A DNA stretch of 63,348 nt, the filler included. It is 3 parts of 3 records of this genome, joined end to end, with 100 filler letters (N's around TTAATTAATTAA, not from the genome) between each part and the next. Parts side by side here need not be neighbours in the genome. Positions count along the whole stretch, not along the records: positions 46,484 to 63,348 come from SRR20825006_566; 2 more parts are not named here. One strand, given 5' to 3'. This document shows positions 48,354 to 57,125 of the stretch, in pieces; the stretch's first letter is position 1; each line of letters begins with the position of its first letter. Made by a program: the position numbers and the translations under genes. The notes under the pieces are model-generated. The model was given only the letters and a program-made list of their open reading frames with translations, did no database searches and was not told the origin of the DNA.

Positions 48354-49916
48354 ATGACCCTGTTCCGCAATTTCGTCTCGGTCGGCTCGCTTACCCTCGT
48401 GAGCCGCATTGCCGGTTTTGCCCGTGATGCGCTGATGGCGGCGGTGCTGGGCACCGGTCCGGCGGCCGACGCGTTTTTCGCCGCCTTCCGATTTCCCAAT
48501 CTGTTCCGGCGGCTCTTTGCCGAGGGCGCGTTCAACACCGCCTTTGTCCCCATGTTCTCCGGCGCGCTGGAGCGTGAAGGACAAGAGGGCGCAAAATTGC
48601 TCGCCGCGCGCATCATGAGCTGGCTGGTGGTGATGTTGTTCATCGTCACCCTCCTGGCCGAGATCTTCATGCCCCAGATCATGGCCGCCTTCGTGCCCGG
48701 CTTTGCCGATGATCCGGACAAGTTCGCGCTGACCGTGCTGCTGACGCGGATCATGTTCCCCTATCTGGGCTGCATGTCGCTGATGGCCGCCTATGGCGCC
48801 ATTCTCAACACGCTGGGGCGGTTCTTCGCGGCCGCCTTCGCGCCTGTGCTGCTCAACCTGGTCACCATTGCCGCGCTGATCCCGCTGGCCGTCTGGTTCG
48901 TCCAGACCCCGGCCGAAGCCACGATCTGGGTCGCCATTGCCACCATGACCGGCGGCGTGGCGCAGCTGGTGCTGGTCTGGATTGCCATCGAGCGGGCCGG
49001 ATTCCGTCCCGCCTTCCGCATGCCGCGGCTGGACCCGGAAGTGCGCCGCTTCTGGATGCTGGCGGTGCCGGCCATCCTTGCCGGCGGCATCACCCAGATC
49101 AATATTTTCGTGGGCACCATCATTGCCTCGGGCGCCGACAACGCCATTTCCGTGCTGTCTTATGCCGATCGGCTCTATCAGCTGCCGCTCGGCATTATCG
49201 GCATCGCCATCGGCACCGTGCTGCTGCCCGAACTCAGCCGGCATCTGAAGGGCGGGCGCGCCCTCGAGGCACGGCAAAGCCAGGACCAGGCGCTGTTCGT
49301 TTCCATGCTGCTCACCATGCCCGCGGCCGTGGCACTGGTGGGGCTGGCCGAGCCGATCGTGCGGGTGCTGTTCGAGCGCGGGGCCTTCGATGCGCTGGCC
49401 ACCACCCAGACCGCTGAAGCCTTGATCGCCTTTGCCACGGGCCTGCCCGCCTATGTGCTGATCCGCGTATTGCAGCCGGGCTTTTTTGCCCGCGAGGACA
49501 CGCTGACCCCGACGATATTTGCCGGGGTCAGCGTGGTGGCCAACATCGCCATCTCGCTCACGCTCTTTCCCAGCCTGCTCCATGTCGGCATTGCCATCGC
49601 CACCGCTGCCTCCTCCTGGCTCAATGTCGTGCTTCTGGTGGCCACGCTGGCCGTGCGGGGCCATTTCGCGCTGACCTGGCCGCAATGGCGGGCGCAACTG
49701 GCCATTCTCGTGATCAGCCTGATCATGGGCGCGGCGCTCTGGCTATTGGCCGAACAGGGCGCAATCCATCTGGCCAGCGGTGTCGCGCTCTGGCGTCAGG
49801 CCGGTGTGCTTGCGGCGCTGATCGCCTTTGGCGTTGCAGTCTATTTCACCCTCGTCCATGTCAGCGGCACCCATGATCTGCGCCTCCTGCTGCGCCGTCT
49901 GCGCCGCGGCGGCTGA
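48354..49916 (+). CDS. murJ: Lipid II flippase MurJ (MviN)
   Basis: SRIAGFARD, AFRFPNLFRRLFAEGAF, YADRLYQLPLG. Confidence 0.96.
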   Translation: MTLFRNFVSVGSLTLVSRIAGFARDALMAAVLGTGPAADAFFAAFRFPNLFRRLFAEGAFNTAFVPMFSGALEREGQEGAKLLAARIMSWLVVMLFIVTLLAEIFMPQIMAAFVPGFADDPDKFALTVLLTRIMFPYLGCMSLMAAYGAILNTLGRFFAAAFAPVLLNLVTIAALIPLAVWFVQTPAEATIWVAIATMTGGVAQLVLVWIAIERAGFRPAFRMPRLDPEVRRFWMLAVPAILAGGITQINIFVGTIIASGADNAISVLSYADRLYQLPLGIIGIAIGTVLLPELSRHLKGGRALEARQSQDQALFVSMLLTMPAAVALVGLAEPIVRVLFERGAFDALATTQTAEALIAFATGLPAYVLIRVLQPGFFAREDTLTPTIFAGVSVVANIAISLTLFPSLLHVGIAIATAASSWLNVVLLVATLAVRGHFALTWPQWRAQLAILVISLIMGAALWLLAEQGAIHLASGVALWRQAGVLAALIAFGVAVYFTLVHVSGTHDLRLLLRRLRRGG

Positions 49917-49984
49917 CGGTTCCATTCTTCGCCTTGCCCGTATAGAACGGGCCCCTGATTTCGTTTCTGTTATCGAAGAGCATC

Positions 49985-51016
49985 ATGACGTTCAGCCCCC
50001 GCGTCTTTTCCGGTATCAAGCCATCCGGCGACCTGCATCTCGGCAATTATCTCGGCGCCATCCGCCGTTTCGTGCCCCTCCAGGATACGCATGAGACCAT
50101 CTATTGCGTGGTCGACATGCATGCCATCACTGTCTGGCAGGACCCTGCAGACCTCAAGCGCTGGACCTATGAGATTGCCGCCGCCTATATCGCATCTGGC
50201 GTTGATCCCAGCCGCTCCATCATTTTCAACCAGAGTCAGGTCGTAGAACATGCCGAGCTGAGCTGGATTTTCAACTGCGTAGCGCGCATGGGCTGGATGG
50301 CCCGCATGACCCAGTTCAAGGACAAGGCCGGTGAGAACAGCGAGGCAGTGTCTCTGGGCCTGTTCGCCTATCCGTCGCTGATGGCTGCCGACATCCTGCT
50401 CTACAAGGCGACTGGCGTTCCGGTGGGCGAGGACCAGAAGCAGCACCTGGAGCTGACGCGCGACATCGCCAAAAAATTCAACCACGACTTCAAAAAACAG
50501 ATCAAGGCTCAGGGCGTGAAGGGCGACTTCTTCCCCGTCACCGAGACCTTGGCCACAGGCCCGGCCATGCGCGTCAAATCGCTCAAGGACGGCTCCAAGA
50601 AGATGAGCAAGTCCGATGCCTCGGACCTCTCGACCATCTACATGATGGACAGCGCGGACCTTATCGCCAAAAAAATCAAGCGCGCCACGACCGATGCCGA
50701 TGCGCTGCCGAGCGAGGCCGCGGGTCTTTCAGGGCGCCTCGAGGCTGAAAACCTCGTGGGCATCTATGCGGCCCTTTCCAACCGGAATGTCGACGAGGTG
50801 CTCGATGAATACGGCGGCCAGGGCTGGGGTGTATTTAAGCCTGCTCTGGCGGAGCTGGCGGTGGCCAAGCTTTCGCCCATCGCCGAAGAAATGAAGCGCT
50901 TGGTTGCCGATCGTGGTGAGATGGACAACATATTGCGTGACGGGGCCGATCGCGCCCGCGCCATCGCCCAGCCAATCATGGCCGATGTGCGCAATATTGT
51001 CGGCTTCGTTCGCTAA
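49985..51016 (+). CDS. trpS: Tryptophan--tRNA ligase
   Basis: [37 protein letters not shown]. Confidence 0.97.
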   Translation: MTFSPRVFSGIKPSGDLHLGNYLGAIRRFVPLQDTHETIYCVVDMHAITVWQDPADLKRWTYEIAAAYIASGVDPSRSIIFNQSQVVEHAELSWIFNCVARMGWMARMTQFKDKAGENSEAVSLGLFAYPSLMAADILLYKATGVPVGEDQKQHLELTRDIAKKFNHDFKKQIKAQGVKGDFFPVTETLATGPAMRVKSLKDGSKKMSKSDASDLSTIYMMDSADLIAKKIKRATTDADALPSEAAGLSGRLEAENLVGIYAALSNRNVDEVLDEYGGQGWGVFKPALAELAVAKLSPIAEEMKRLVADRGEMDNILRDGADRARAIAQPIMADVRNIVGFVR

Positions 51017-51031
51017 AGCACAGGAGCGCCC

Positions 51032-51505
51032 ATGGTTTCGCAGGTCGAATACAAGCGCAAGTTTCTCGTCGTCATCGATGAGACCGAAGAATGCGATCGT
51101 GCCCTGACTTTTGCCGCCTGGCGCGTCAAGCGCACCGGCGGCACGGTGGTGCTGATGACGGTCATTCCCAAGCCTGAATTTATCGGGCTGGGCGTCGAAG
51201 ACGTCTTGCGCGCCGAGGCCGTCGAGGAGGCCGAACGCAATCTCGACCGGCGCATGGCCCGGATCAAGGAAATCGGCGATGTGCGCGCCGAATCGGTGAT
51301 CCGCGAAGGCAGTGGCCCCGAACAGATCGAACGCGTCATCGACAAGGACCACGCCATCGCCATTCTGGTGCTGGCCGCCTCCAAGTCGCCCGATGGCCCC
51401 GGACCGCTGGTGACCCATTTTGCCGCCCGCGCCAATGTATTGCCCATTCCCCTGACCATCGTGCCCGGCCGCATGAGCGACGACGAAGTTATCGCGATCT
51501 GCTGA
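51032..51505 (+). CDS. Universal stress protein (Usp domain)
   Basis: RKFLVVIDETEEC start, ILVLAA, GPGPLV, IPLTIVPG; typical trpS neighbour in Rhizobiales. Confidence 0.87.
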   Translation: MVSQVEYKRKFLVVIDETEECDRALTFAAWRVKRTGGTVVLMTVIPKPEFIGLGVEDVLRAEAVEEAERNLDRRMARIKEIGDVRAESVIREGSGPEQIERVIDKDHAIAILVLAASKSPDGPGPLVTHFAARANVLPIPLTIVPGRMSDDEVIAIC

Positions 51506-51524
51506 CCGGCCCGCTTGCGTGGGC

Positions 51525-51584
51525 AGAATCGGTCCAGTGGCATGATTTGAGTGAGGCAGGCCCGAAGAGCTATGCTCGCTGGGC
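51525..51584 (+). repeat. Intergenic repeat, ATCGCTCCRGTGGAGCGAT family (degenerate copy)
   Basis: AGAATCGGTCCAGTGGCATGATTTGAG...AGCTATGCTCG aligns by eye with 52745-52804. Confidence 0.55.
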
Positions 51585-51637
51585 GAAGCCGTCGAGGTGA
51601 GAAGACCAAGAGAGCCACGCGCGAATGGTCCGCACCC

Positions 51638-52048
51638 TCAGGCTCCACCAAGCGCCTCACGGGCAATCGCGACCATCACAAGCACCAGTCCGGCTGTGGC
51701 CGCGTTCCAACTGAAGGTCCGCACCCATGGCAGGCCAAAAGCGTAAAGCGGCAGGTAAAGGCAACGGCAGACCAGATAGATCAGGCAACCGCTCACGCTC
51801 ATCCAGGCCCCGGTGCCATCGAGCACTTCCAGCGTCAGCACCGCCGCCAAAAAGATCGGAAAGGTTTCAAGGAAATTGCGTTGCGCGCGATCGAGCCGGG
51901 CCGCAACGCCTGCGGGTTGCAGATTGGCATCCCTGGCGCCCACGGTATAGCTGTTGCCCACCTGCGCCTTGAAGGCAAAGGATGCAGCGCTGAGATGCAA
52001 GAGCCCCAGAAACATGGCGCCCAGCAGGGTCCAGAGTTCGACGGACAT
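51638..52048 (-). CDS. MAPEG family membrane protein
   Basis: GARD, RLDRAQRNFLETFPIF, YLVCRCLYLPLY motifs. Confidence 0.85.
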   Translation of the reverse strand: MSVELWTLLGAMFLGLLHLSAASFAFKAQVGNSYTVGARDANLQPAGVAARLDRAQRNFLETFPIFLAAVLTLEVLDGTGAWMSVSGCLIYLVCRCLYLPLYAFGLPWVRTFSWNAATAGLVLVMVAIAREALGGA

Positions 52049-52121
52049 TGAACGCACCATCTCGCTGACGATCACGGATGCCTAGCATTATTGCCCTTGC
52101 ACTTGCAGCGCAAAAGTCTAT

Positions 52122-52138
52122 TTTAGAAACATTCTAAT
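52122..52138. promoter_or_regulatory. Irr iron control element (ICE) upstream of nfu
   Basis: TTTAGAA-ACA-TTCTAAT vs consensus TTTAGAA-N3-TTCTAAA; overlaps a CTTGCA-N16-CTATTT promoter-like sequence. Confidence 0.75.
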
Positions 52139-52162
52139 TGCACCGCTCAGCGGGGAGCCGCC

Positions 52163-52729
52163 ATGTTCATCCAGACCGAAGCCACGCCCAATCCGGCGAC
52201 CCTGAAGTTCCTGCCGGGCCGCGAAGTGCTGGTTGGCGAGCCGCGCGATTTCCGGTCGCCCGAAGCTGCCGCCGCCTCGCCGCTGGCCACGGGCCTGTTC
52301 GCCATTTCCGGCGTCAATGGCGTGTTCCTGGGGTCCGATTTCATCTCGGTCACCAAGGACGACACCAATTGGGCCCATATCAAGCCGGCCATTCTCGGCG
52401 TCATCATGGACCACTTCCTCTCCGGCAAGTCGGTCATTACCGAGGGCAACACCGCTCCCGTTAATTTCGACGAGGTCGACGAGTTCTTCGAGGATGAAGA
52501 CAAGGAAATGGTCGAGGTCATCAAGGAATTGCTGGCCACCCGCGTGCGTCCGGCCGTGGCCATGGATGGTGGCGACATCATCTTCAAGGGCTTCAAGGAA
52601 GGCACTGTGTTCCTGCACATGCAGGGCGCCTGCTCGGGCTGCCCTTCTTCGACCGCAACCCTCAAGAACGGCATCGAAAACCTGCTCCGCCACTTCGTGC
52701 CCGGCGTCGAGGGTGTGCAGCAGGTTTGA
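52163..52729 (+). CDS. NifU/Nfu-family Fe-S carrier protein
   Basis: MFIQTEATPNPATLKF, VRPAVAMDGGDI, GACSGCPSS. Confidence 0.95.
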   Translation: MFIQTEATPNPATLKFLPGREVLVGEPRDFRSPEAAAASPLATGLFAISGVNGVFLGSDFISVTKDDTNWAHIKPAILGVIMDHFLSGKSVITEGNTAPVNFDEVDEFFEDEDKEMVEVIKELLATRVRPAVAMDGGDIIFKGFKEGTVFLHMQGACSGCPSSTATLKNGIENLLRHFVPGVEGVQQV

Positions 52730-52744
52730 GCCCATCCCTTGGGT

Positions 52745-52804
52745 AAAATCGCTCCGGTGGAGCGATTATAGGGCTCAAAGCCACGAAAGCCATGCTTGAG
52801 TGGC
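52745..52804 (+). repeat. Intergenic repeat, ATCGCTCCRGTGGAGCGAT family
   Basis: Hairpin AATCGCTCC-GGT-GGAGCGATT followed by a tail shared with 51525-51584. Confidence 0.6.
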
Positions 52805-52889
52805 CTCGTCCCTGGGCCGCCAAAAAAGTTACGCAGCAAGCCGGGAGCCCGATCAGGAATGATCGGGCTTCTGTCTGTCAGGATCACGC

Positions 52890-54083
52890 ATGACCCTCAA
52901 CACCACCATCGAATCGCTCGGCCATAAGGGCGAAGGCGTTGCCATCATCGACGGGCAGCGCATCTTCGTGCCCTTCACCCTGCCCGGCGAACAGGTCGCG
53001 ATCACGGTGGATGGCAATCGCGGCGCGCTGGTCGACCTGCTGACGCCCGCGCCAAACCGCACTGAGCCGTTTTGCCCGCATTTCGGCACCTGTGGCGGAT
53101 GCCAGCTGCAGCATGTGGATGCGCAGAGCTACACGGCCTTCAAGACCGAACTGGTCGAAGCAGCCCTTCGTCAGGCAGGGCTTGAGGCCAGGGTCGAGCG
53201 CTTTATCACCGCGCACGGGACCGGCCGCCGCCGCGCCACGCTGCATGCCCGCAAGGATAGCGCCGGCTACATGCAGCTCCGTAGTCACGACCTGCTCGAT
53301 CTTGATGCCTGCCCCATTCTGGTGCCGGCGCTCAAGCGCGCACCCGACATTGCCCGGGCGCTGGGCGCCGCCATCGGTGAATGCGATATCAGTTTTACCG
53401 CCACCAATGCCGGTCTTGATGTCGGTATTCGCAAGGCCGGCAAGGGCGTGCGGGCTGAAAAGCTGGTGCCGCTGGGCAATGATCTGGGCCTGGCGCGGCT
53501 CTCGCTGGACAAGGAAATGATCCTGTTGCGCCAGCAGCCGACGGTGACCATGGGGCGCTCGGAAGTCGATCTGCCCATTGGCAGCTTCCTGCAGGCCACG
53601 GGTGAGGCCGAAGATGTGCTCGCCAACTATGTGGTCTCCGCCGTCGGAAAACCCAGATCCATTGCTGACCTGTTTTGCGGCATCGGCCCCTTCGCCCTGC
53701 GGCTGGCCGAAATTGCCCCGGTTTATGCCGCCGACAGCGACCGTGCCGGCATTGTTGCGCTCGACAAGGCGGTGCGCCACACCAAGGGCCTCAAGACCGT
53801 CACCGCCAAGGCGCGCGACCTGTTCCGGGACCCTCTCACCCGCTTCGAACTCAATTTCGACACGATAGTGCTCGATCCTCCGCGTGCTGGAGCGCAGGCT
53901 CAGGTCAAGGAGATTGCGGCGTCCAAGGCGCAGCATGTGGTGATGATCGCCTGCGACCCTAAGACCTTCGCGCGGGATGCCGCCCTGCTTGTTCAGGCCG
54001 GGTTCATGTTGAGCGATCTAGTAGCAGTGGATCAATTCGCATGGTCCGTTCACATCGAACTGGCTGCGACATTCCGCCGGTAA
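52890..54083 (+). CDS. 23S rRNA m5U methyltransferase (RlmD/RumA, TrmA family)
   Basis: TRAM-like start, CPHFGTCGGCQLQH Fe-S motif, SFLQ, DLFCGIG, LDPPRAG, IACDP. Confidence 0.9.
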   Translation: MTLNTTIESLGHKGEGVAIIDGQRIFVPFTLPGEQVAITVDGNRGALVDLLTPAPNRTEPFCPHFGTCGGCQLQHVDAQSYTAFKTELVEAALRQAGLEARVERFITAHGTGRRRATLHARKDSAGYMQLRSHDLLDLDACPILVPALKRAPDIARALGAAIGECDISFTATNAGLDVGIRKAGKGVRAEKLVPLGNDLGLARLSLDKEMILLRQQPTVTMGRSEVDLPIGSFLQATGEAEDVLANYVVSAVGKPRSIADLFCGIGPFALRLAEIAPVYAADSDRAGIVALDKAVRHTKGLKTVTAKARDLFRDPLTRFELNFDTIVLDPPRAGAQAQVKEIAASKAQHVVMIACDPKTFARDAALLVQAGFMLSDLVAVDQFAWSVHIELAATFRR

Positions 54084-54199
54084 CAATGCGCAACGATATG
54101 CGTGTTCCGGCGTTGGCTCTGTAAGGGCTTTTGAAAATTGTAACAGAGCGCATCAGGCCACCTCCCTGGCCGGGCGCGACATCATTGGAGCATTTGACG

Positions 54200-54580
54200 A
54201 TGCTGAAGACTATTCTTGCCGCGACCAGTGTCGTGGCCGCTCTCGCTATGCCGGCTTTTGCGCAGTCCGCTGCCGATCCGGGTGGCGTCTGGAAGGACCG
54301 CTGGGGCACCACCTTCACCTTCCAGCTTTGCGGTGATGGCACCCAGCTCTGTGGGACGCTCAACGATATCCAGGGCGATAGCCGTACCCAGGAAAACCTC
54401 GCCTTTATCGATAAGCAGGTGGTCCAGGCCGAACAGACCGCTCCTGGGACCTGGGAAGGCCAGATTGCCCTGAATGGCGGCAATGCCAAGGCCATTGTCG
54501 AGGTCACCGGTCCCGACACCATCAAGCTGACCGGGTGCCAACTGCTGTGCTCGAGCATTGAATATCAGCGCGTGTCCTAA
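54200..54580 (+). CDS. DUF2147-like secreted protein
   Basis: Signal peptide ending AFA, DPGGVW, CGDG..LCG, LTGC..LC motifs. Confidence 0.72.
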   Translation: MLKTILAATSVVAALAMPAFAQSAADPGGVWKDRWGTTFTFQLCGDGTQLCGTLNDIQGDSRTQENLAFIDKQVVQAEQTAPGTWEGQIALNGGNAKAIVEVTGPDTIKLTGCQLLCSSIEYQRVS

Positions 54581-54600
54581 CTAGAACTCTGTCCGCCTGA

Positions 54601-54635
54601 AACAAAACCCCGGCCAGGCGCCGGGGTTTTTTGTT
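54601..54635 (+). terminator. Rho-independent terminator
   Basis: AAAACCCCGGC-CAGGC-GCCGGGGTTTTTTG. Confidence 0.85.
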
Positions 54636-54729
54636 GCAGATACTCTATTTTATGATTGATCAACAATATTGTCTGTTTAGAGAGGATTGCGGCGCAATCC
54701 TTTAGTCTACCTTCAAAAAGGATTGCCCC

Positions 54730-54936
54730 ATGCCCTCCACCGCGCGAAACCTTAGCAAGAGGCGGGACAAGCTGAACGCGACCGCGCAGGAAGCCAGTCG
54801 CCTGGCCAGTACCGAGCGGACCCTGGCCGATAACCAGCATCTGGCCGCCAGCAGACTGGAGCGCCTGGCCGACGATCTCGCCAACCAGGTGGTCGACGTA
54901 GAAACCGAAATGGCAGCCACGACTGCCGTGGCCTGA
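54730..54936 (+). CDS. Small hypothetical coiled-coil protein (68 aa)
   Basis: AAAGGA RBS, GC3-biased codons, heptad-like pattern; fills an otherwise empty gap. Confidence 0.55.
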   Translation: MPSTARNLSKRRDKLNATAQEASRLASTERTLADNQHLAASRLERLADDLANQVVDVETEMAATTAVA

Positions 54937-54947
54937 CCCCTACCTGC

Positions 54948-55775
54948 TCAGCAGACCGTTGCGACCCGCTCCTTGATCACCTGCAGCACTTCATCGCCAG
55001 GCCGCTTCCACCAGTTCTCCGTGGAGAAGATTTCCACCTCCTGCGGGCCATGGAAGCCGGCGTCCTCGATCATCTTGCGAATGCCTTTCAGGTCGATCAC
55101 CCCGTCGCCCATCATGCCGCGGTCATTGAGCATGTCGCGCGTCGGCACCAGCCAGTCACAGATGTGATGGGCAAAGATGCGCTTCATGCGCCCGGCACGG
55201 GCGATGGCATTGGGTAGGTTGGGATCCCACCAGATGTGATAAACATCGAGCGCCACGCCGACCGTTTCGCCCAGCTGCTCGCAGATGTCGAGCGCCTGGT
55301 CGGTGGTGTTCACGCAGGCCCGATCAGCAGCATACATCGGGTGCAGCGGCTCAATGGCGATCTTGACGCCTGAGGCATTGGCATGGGGCAGCATGGCGGC
55401 AATGCCGTCGGTCACCTGTTCCCGGGCGCCGGGCAGGTCCTTGGACGATCCGGGCAGGCCGCCCACCACCAGCACCAGGCAATCCGCATTGAGCGCCGCG
55501 GCCTGATCGATGGCGCGCAGATTATCGTCAATGCGCTTTTGCCGGTCGGCCGCATCGACGCCGGGGAACATGCCGCCGCGGCACACGCCGGTCACGCGGA
55601 TCTTGTTCTCCCTGACGATGCGCGCCGCTTCATCGAGCCCGATCGCGTCGATCTGGTCGCGCCAGGGCGAAATGGCGGTGATGCCGGCCTTCAGGCACCC
55701 CTCAACGGCTTCGCCAAAACCCCATTGCGGGCGGGTGGTCGCCAGGTTCAGCGAAATGACGGTGTCGGCGCTCAT
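54948..55775 (-). CDS. Sugar phosphate isomerase/epimerase (xylose-isomerase-like TIM barrel, IolE/IolI-like)
   Basis: CRGGMF, IEPLHP, LDVYH, HICDW, RGMMGDGVID, EVEIF metal motifs. Confidence 0.88.
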   Translation of the reverse strand: MSADTVISLNLATTRPQWGFGEAVEGCLKAGITAISPWRDQIDAIGLDEAARIVRENKIRVTGVCRGGMFPGVDAADRQKRIDDNLRAIDQAAALNADCLVLVVGGLPGSSKDLPGAREQVTDGIAAMLPHANASGVKIAIEPLHPMYAADRACVNTTDQALDICEQLGETVGVALDVYHIWWDPNLPNAIARAGRMKRIFAHHICDWLVPTRDMLNDRGMMGDGVIDLKGIRKMIEDAGFHGPQEVEIFSTENWWKRPGDEVLQVIKERVATVC

Positions 55776-56941
55776 GCGGAAACTCCATGGACGGCGAGGA
55801 CTTGCTTCATGCGGGCGGTGGCCAGCTCTGGATCGGCCAGAACACGGGCCTTGTCGGCCAGGCGGAACAGTTCACTCAGATGCTGCAGCGAGCGGGTCGA
55901 CTGCTGCCCGCCAATCATGGCGAAATGGTCCTGCAATCCGTTGAGATAGGCCAGGAACACCACGCCGGTCTTGTAGAAGCGGGTCGGGGCGGCAAAAATA
56001 TGCCGGCTGAGGGGCACCGTCGGTTCGAGAATATCGAAGAACTCATTGGTATTGCCGCGCCCCAGCGCCGCCAGACCCGCCGAGGCCGCCGGCGCGATAG
56101 CGTCGAAAATGCCCAATAGCGCGTGCGAATAGCCCCGCTCGTCCCCGGCAATCAGCTCGGCATAGTTGAAATCGTCGCCCGTATACATCTTGACCGATGC
56201 CGGCAGCCGGCGGCGCATGGCGATTTCCTTTTCTGCGGACAGCAGCGAAATCTTGATGCCGTCAACCTTGTCGGCATTGGCCGCGATGACGTCGAGACAG
56301 ACATCCATGGCCTTGTCGTGGTCGATGTCGCCCCAATAGCCCTGCAGCGCCGGGTCGAACATCTCGCCCAGCCAGTGCATGATCACCGGCTGCTTGACGT
56401 TCGAAAGCACATGGCCATAGACCCGCACATAGTCGTCGGGTGACTTGGCAGCAGCGGCCAGCGCCCGGCTGGCCATCAGGATGACGCGGCCGCCCTCCCC
56501 TTCGACAAAGCCAACCTGCTCGTCATAGGCCTTGATGATGTCGTCAATGGTCACATCGGGACCGGGCGTCAGATGGTCGGTGCCGGCGCCATAGGCAATC
56601 AGGCTGTCATCGCGCGTCCTGGCCTCGGCCTGCGAGCGTCGGATCAGCTCCTGCGCTTCGGTCCAGCCCAGACCCATGCCGCGCTGGGCCGTGTCCATCG
56701 CTTCGGCGACACCCAGGCCGAGGTCCCACATGCGGTGGCGGAATTTCAGCGTCGTCTCCCAATCAATGGCCGGGGTCAGCCAGGGATCATTGCTGGCCAG
56801 CGGGTCAGCCACCACATGGGCCGCCGAATAGGCGATGCGCGGAAACTCGGTCGCCTTGAATTTGACGAAGGGGATCGGATCGCCGGTCAGCACATAGGGG
56901 CTGATGGAGCGGTCGGGATTGGGCAGGTTGATTGTCGGCAT
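55772..56941 (-). CDS. DUF993 / dihydrodipicolinate-synthase-like protein
   Basis: AAHVVADP, AEAMDTAQRGMG, GAGTDH, ILMASRALA, HWLGEMFDP, GIKISLL, YTGDDFNY, ALLGIFD. Confidence 0.85.
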   Translation of the reverse strand: MPTINLPNPDRSISPYVLTGDPIPFVKFKATEFPRIAYSAAHVVADPLASNDPWLTPAIDWETTLKFRHRMWDLGLGVAEAMDTAQRGMGLGWTEAQELIRRSQAEARTRDDSLIAYGAGTDHLTPGPDVTIDDIIKAYDEQVGFVEGEGGRVILMASRALAAAAKSPDDYVRVYGHVLSNVKQPVIMHWLGEMFDPALQGYWGDIDHDKAMDVCLDVIAANADKVDGIKISLLSAEKEIAMRRRLPASVKMYTGDDFNYAELIAGDERGYSHALLGIFDAIAPAASAGLAALGRGNTNEFFDILEPTVPLSRHIFAAPTRFYKTGVVFLAYLNGLQDHFAMIGGQQSTRSLQHLSELFRLADKARVLADPELATARMKQVLAVHGVSA

Positions 56942-56950
56942 TGTGGGGCA

Positions 56951-57120
56951 CCCCTCATCCGGCGCTACGCGCCACCTTCTCCCACAAGGGGAGAAGCCAG
57001 CACTGCGCGCATAAAAACTCAGTGTCCCCCTCTCCCCTCGTGGGAGACTTCGAGGCGCAAGATAGCGCTCCAGTGAAGCGATAGCTGCCGACGAAGGCCC
57101 GAAGGGCGGGTGAGGGGGAC
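56951..57120. repeat. RIME/CIR-like palindromic intergenic element with a nested second repeat
   Basis: CCCCTCATCCGGCGCTACGCGCCACCTTCTCCCACAAGGGGAGAAG (56951-96) and inverse arm CCCTCTCCCCTCGTGGGAGA...GGCCCGAAGGGCGGGTGAGGGG, interrupted by a GCTCCAGTGAAGCGAT unit. Confidence 0.75.
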
Positions 57121-57125
57121 TAGGA

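Noticed and set aside
46428-49697. 1089-aa minus-strand ORF (likewise 26320-28035, 60544-62799, 43890-45356 and other long antisense ORFs)
   Set aside because: Antisense shadows of well-supported high-GC genes (glnD/murJ, metH, tctBA, ArnT-like); no motifs, and some run into the artificial linker.
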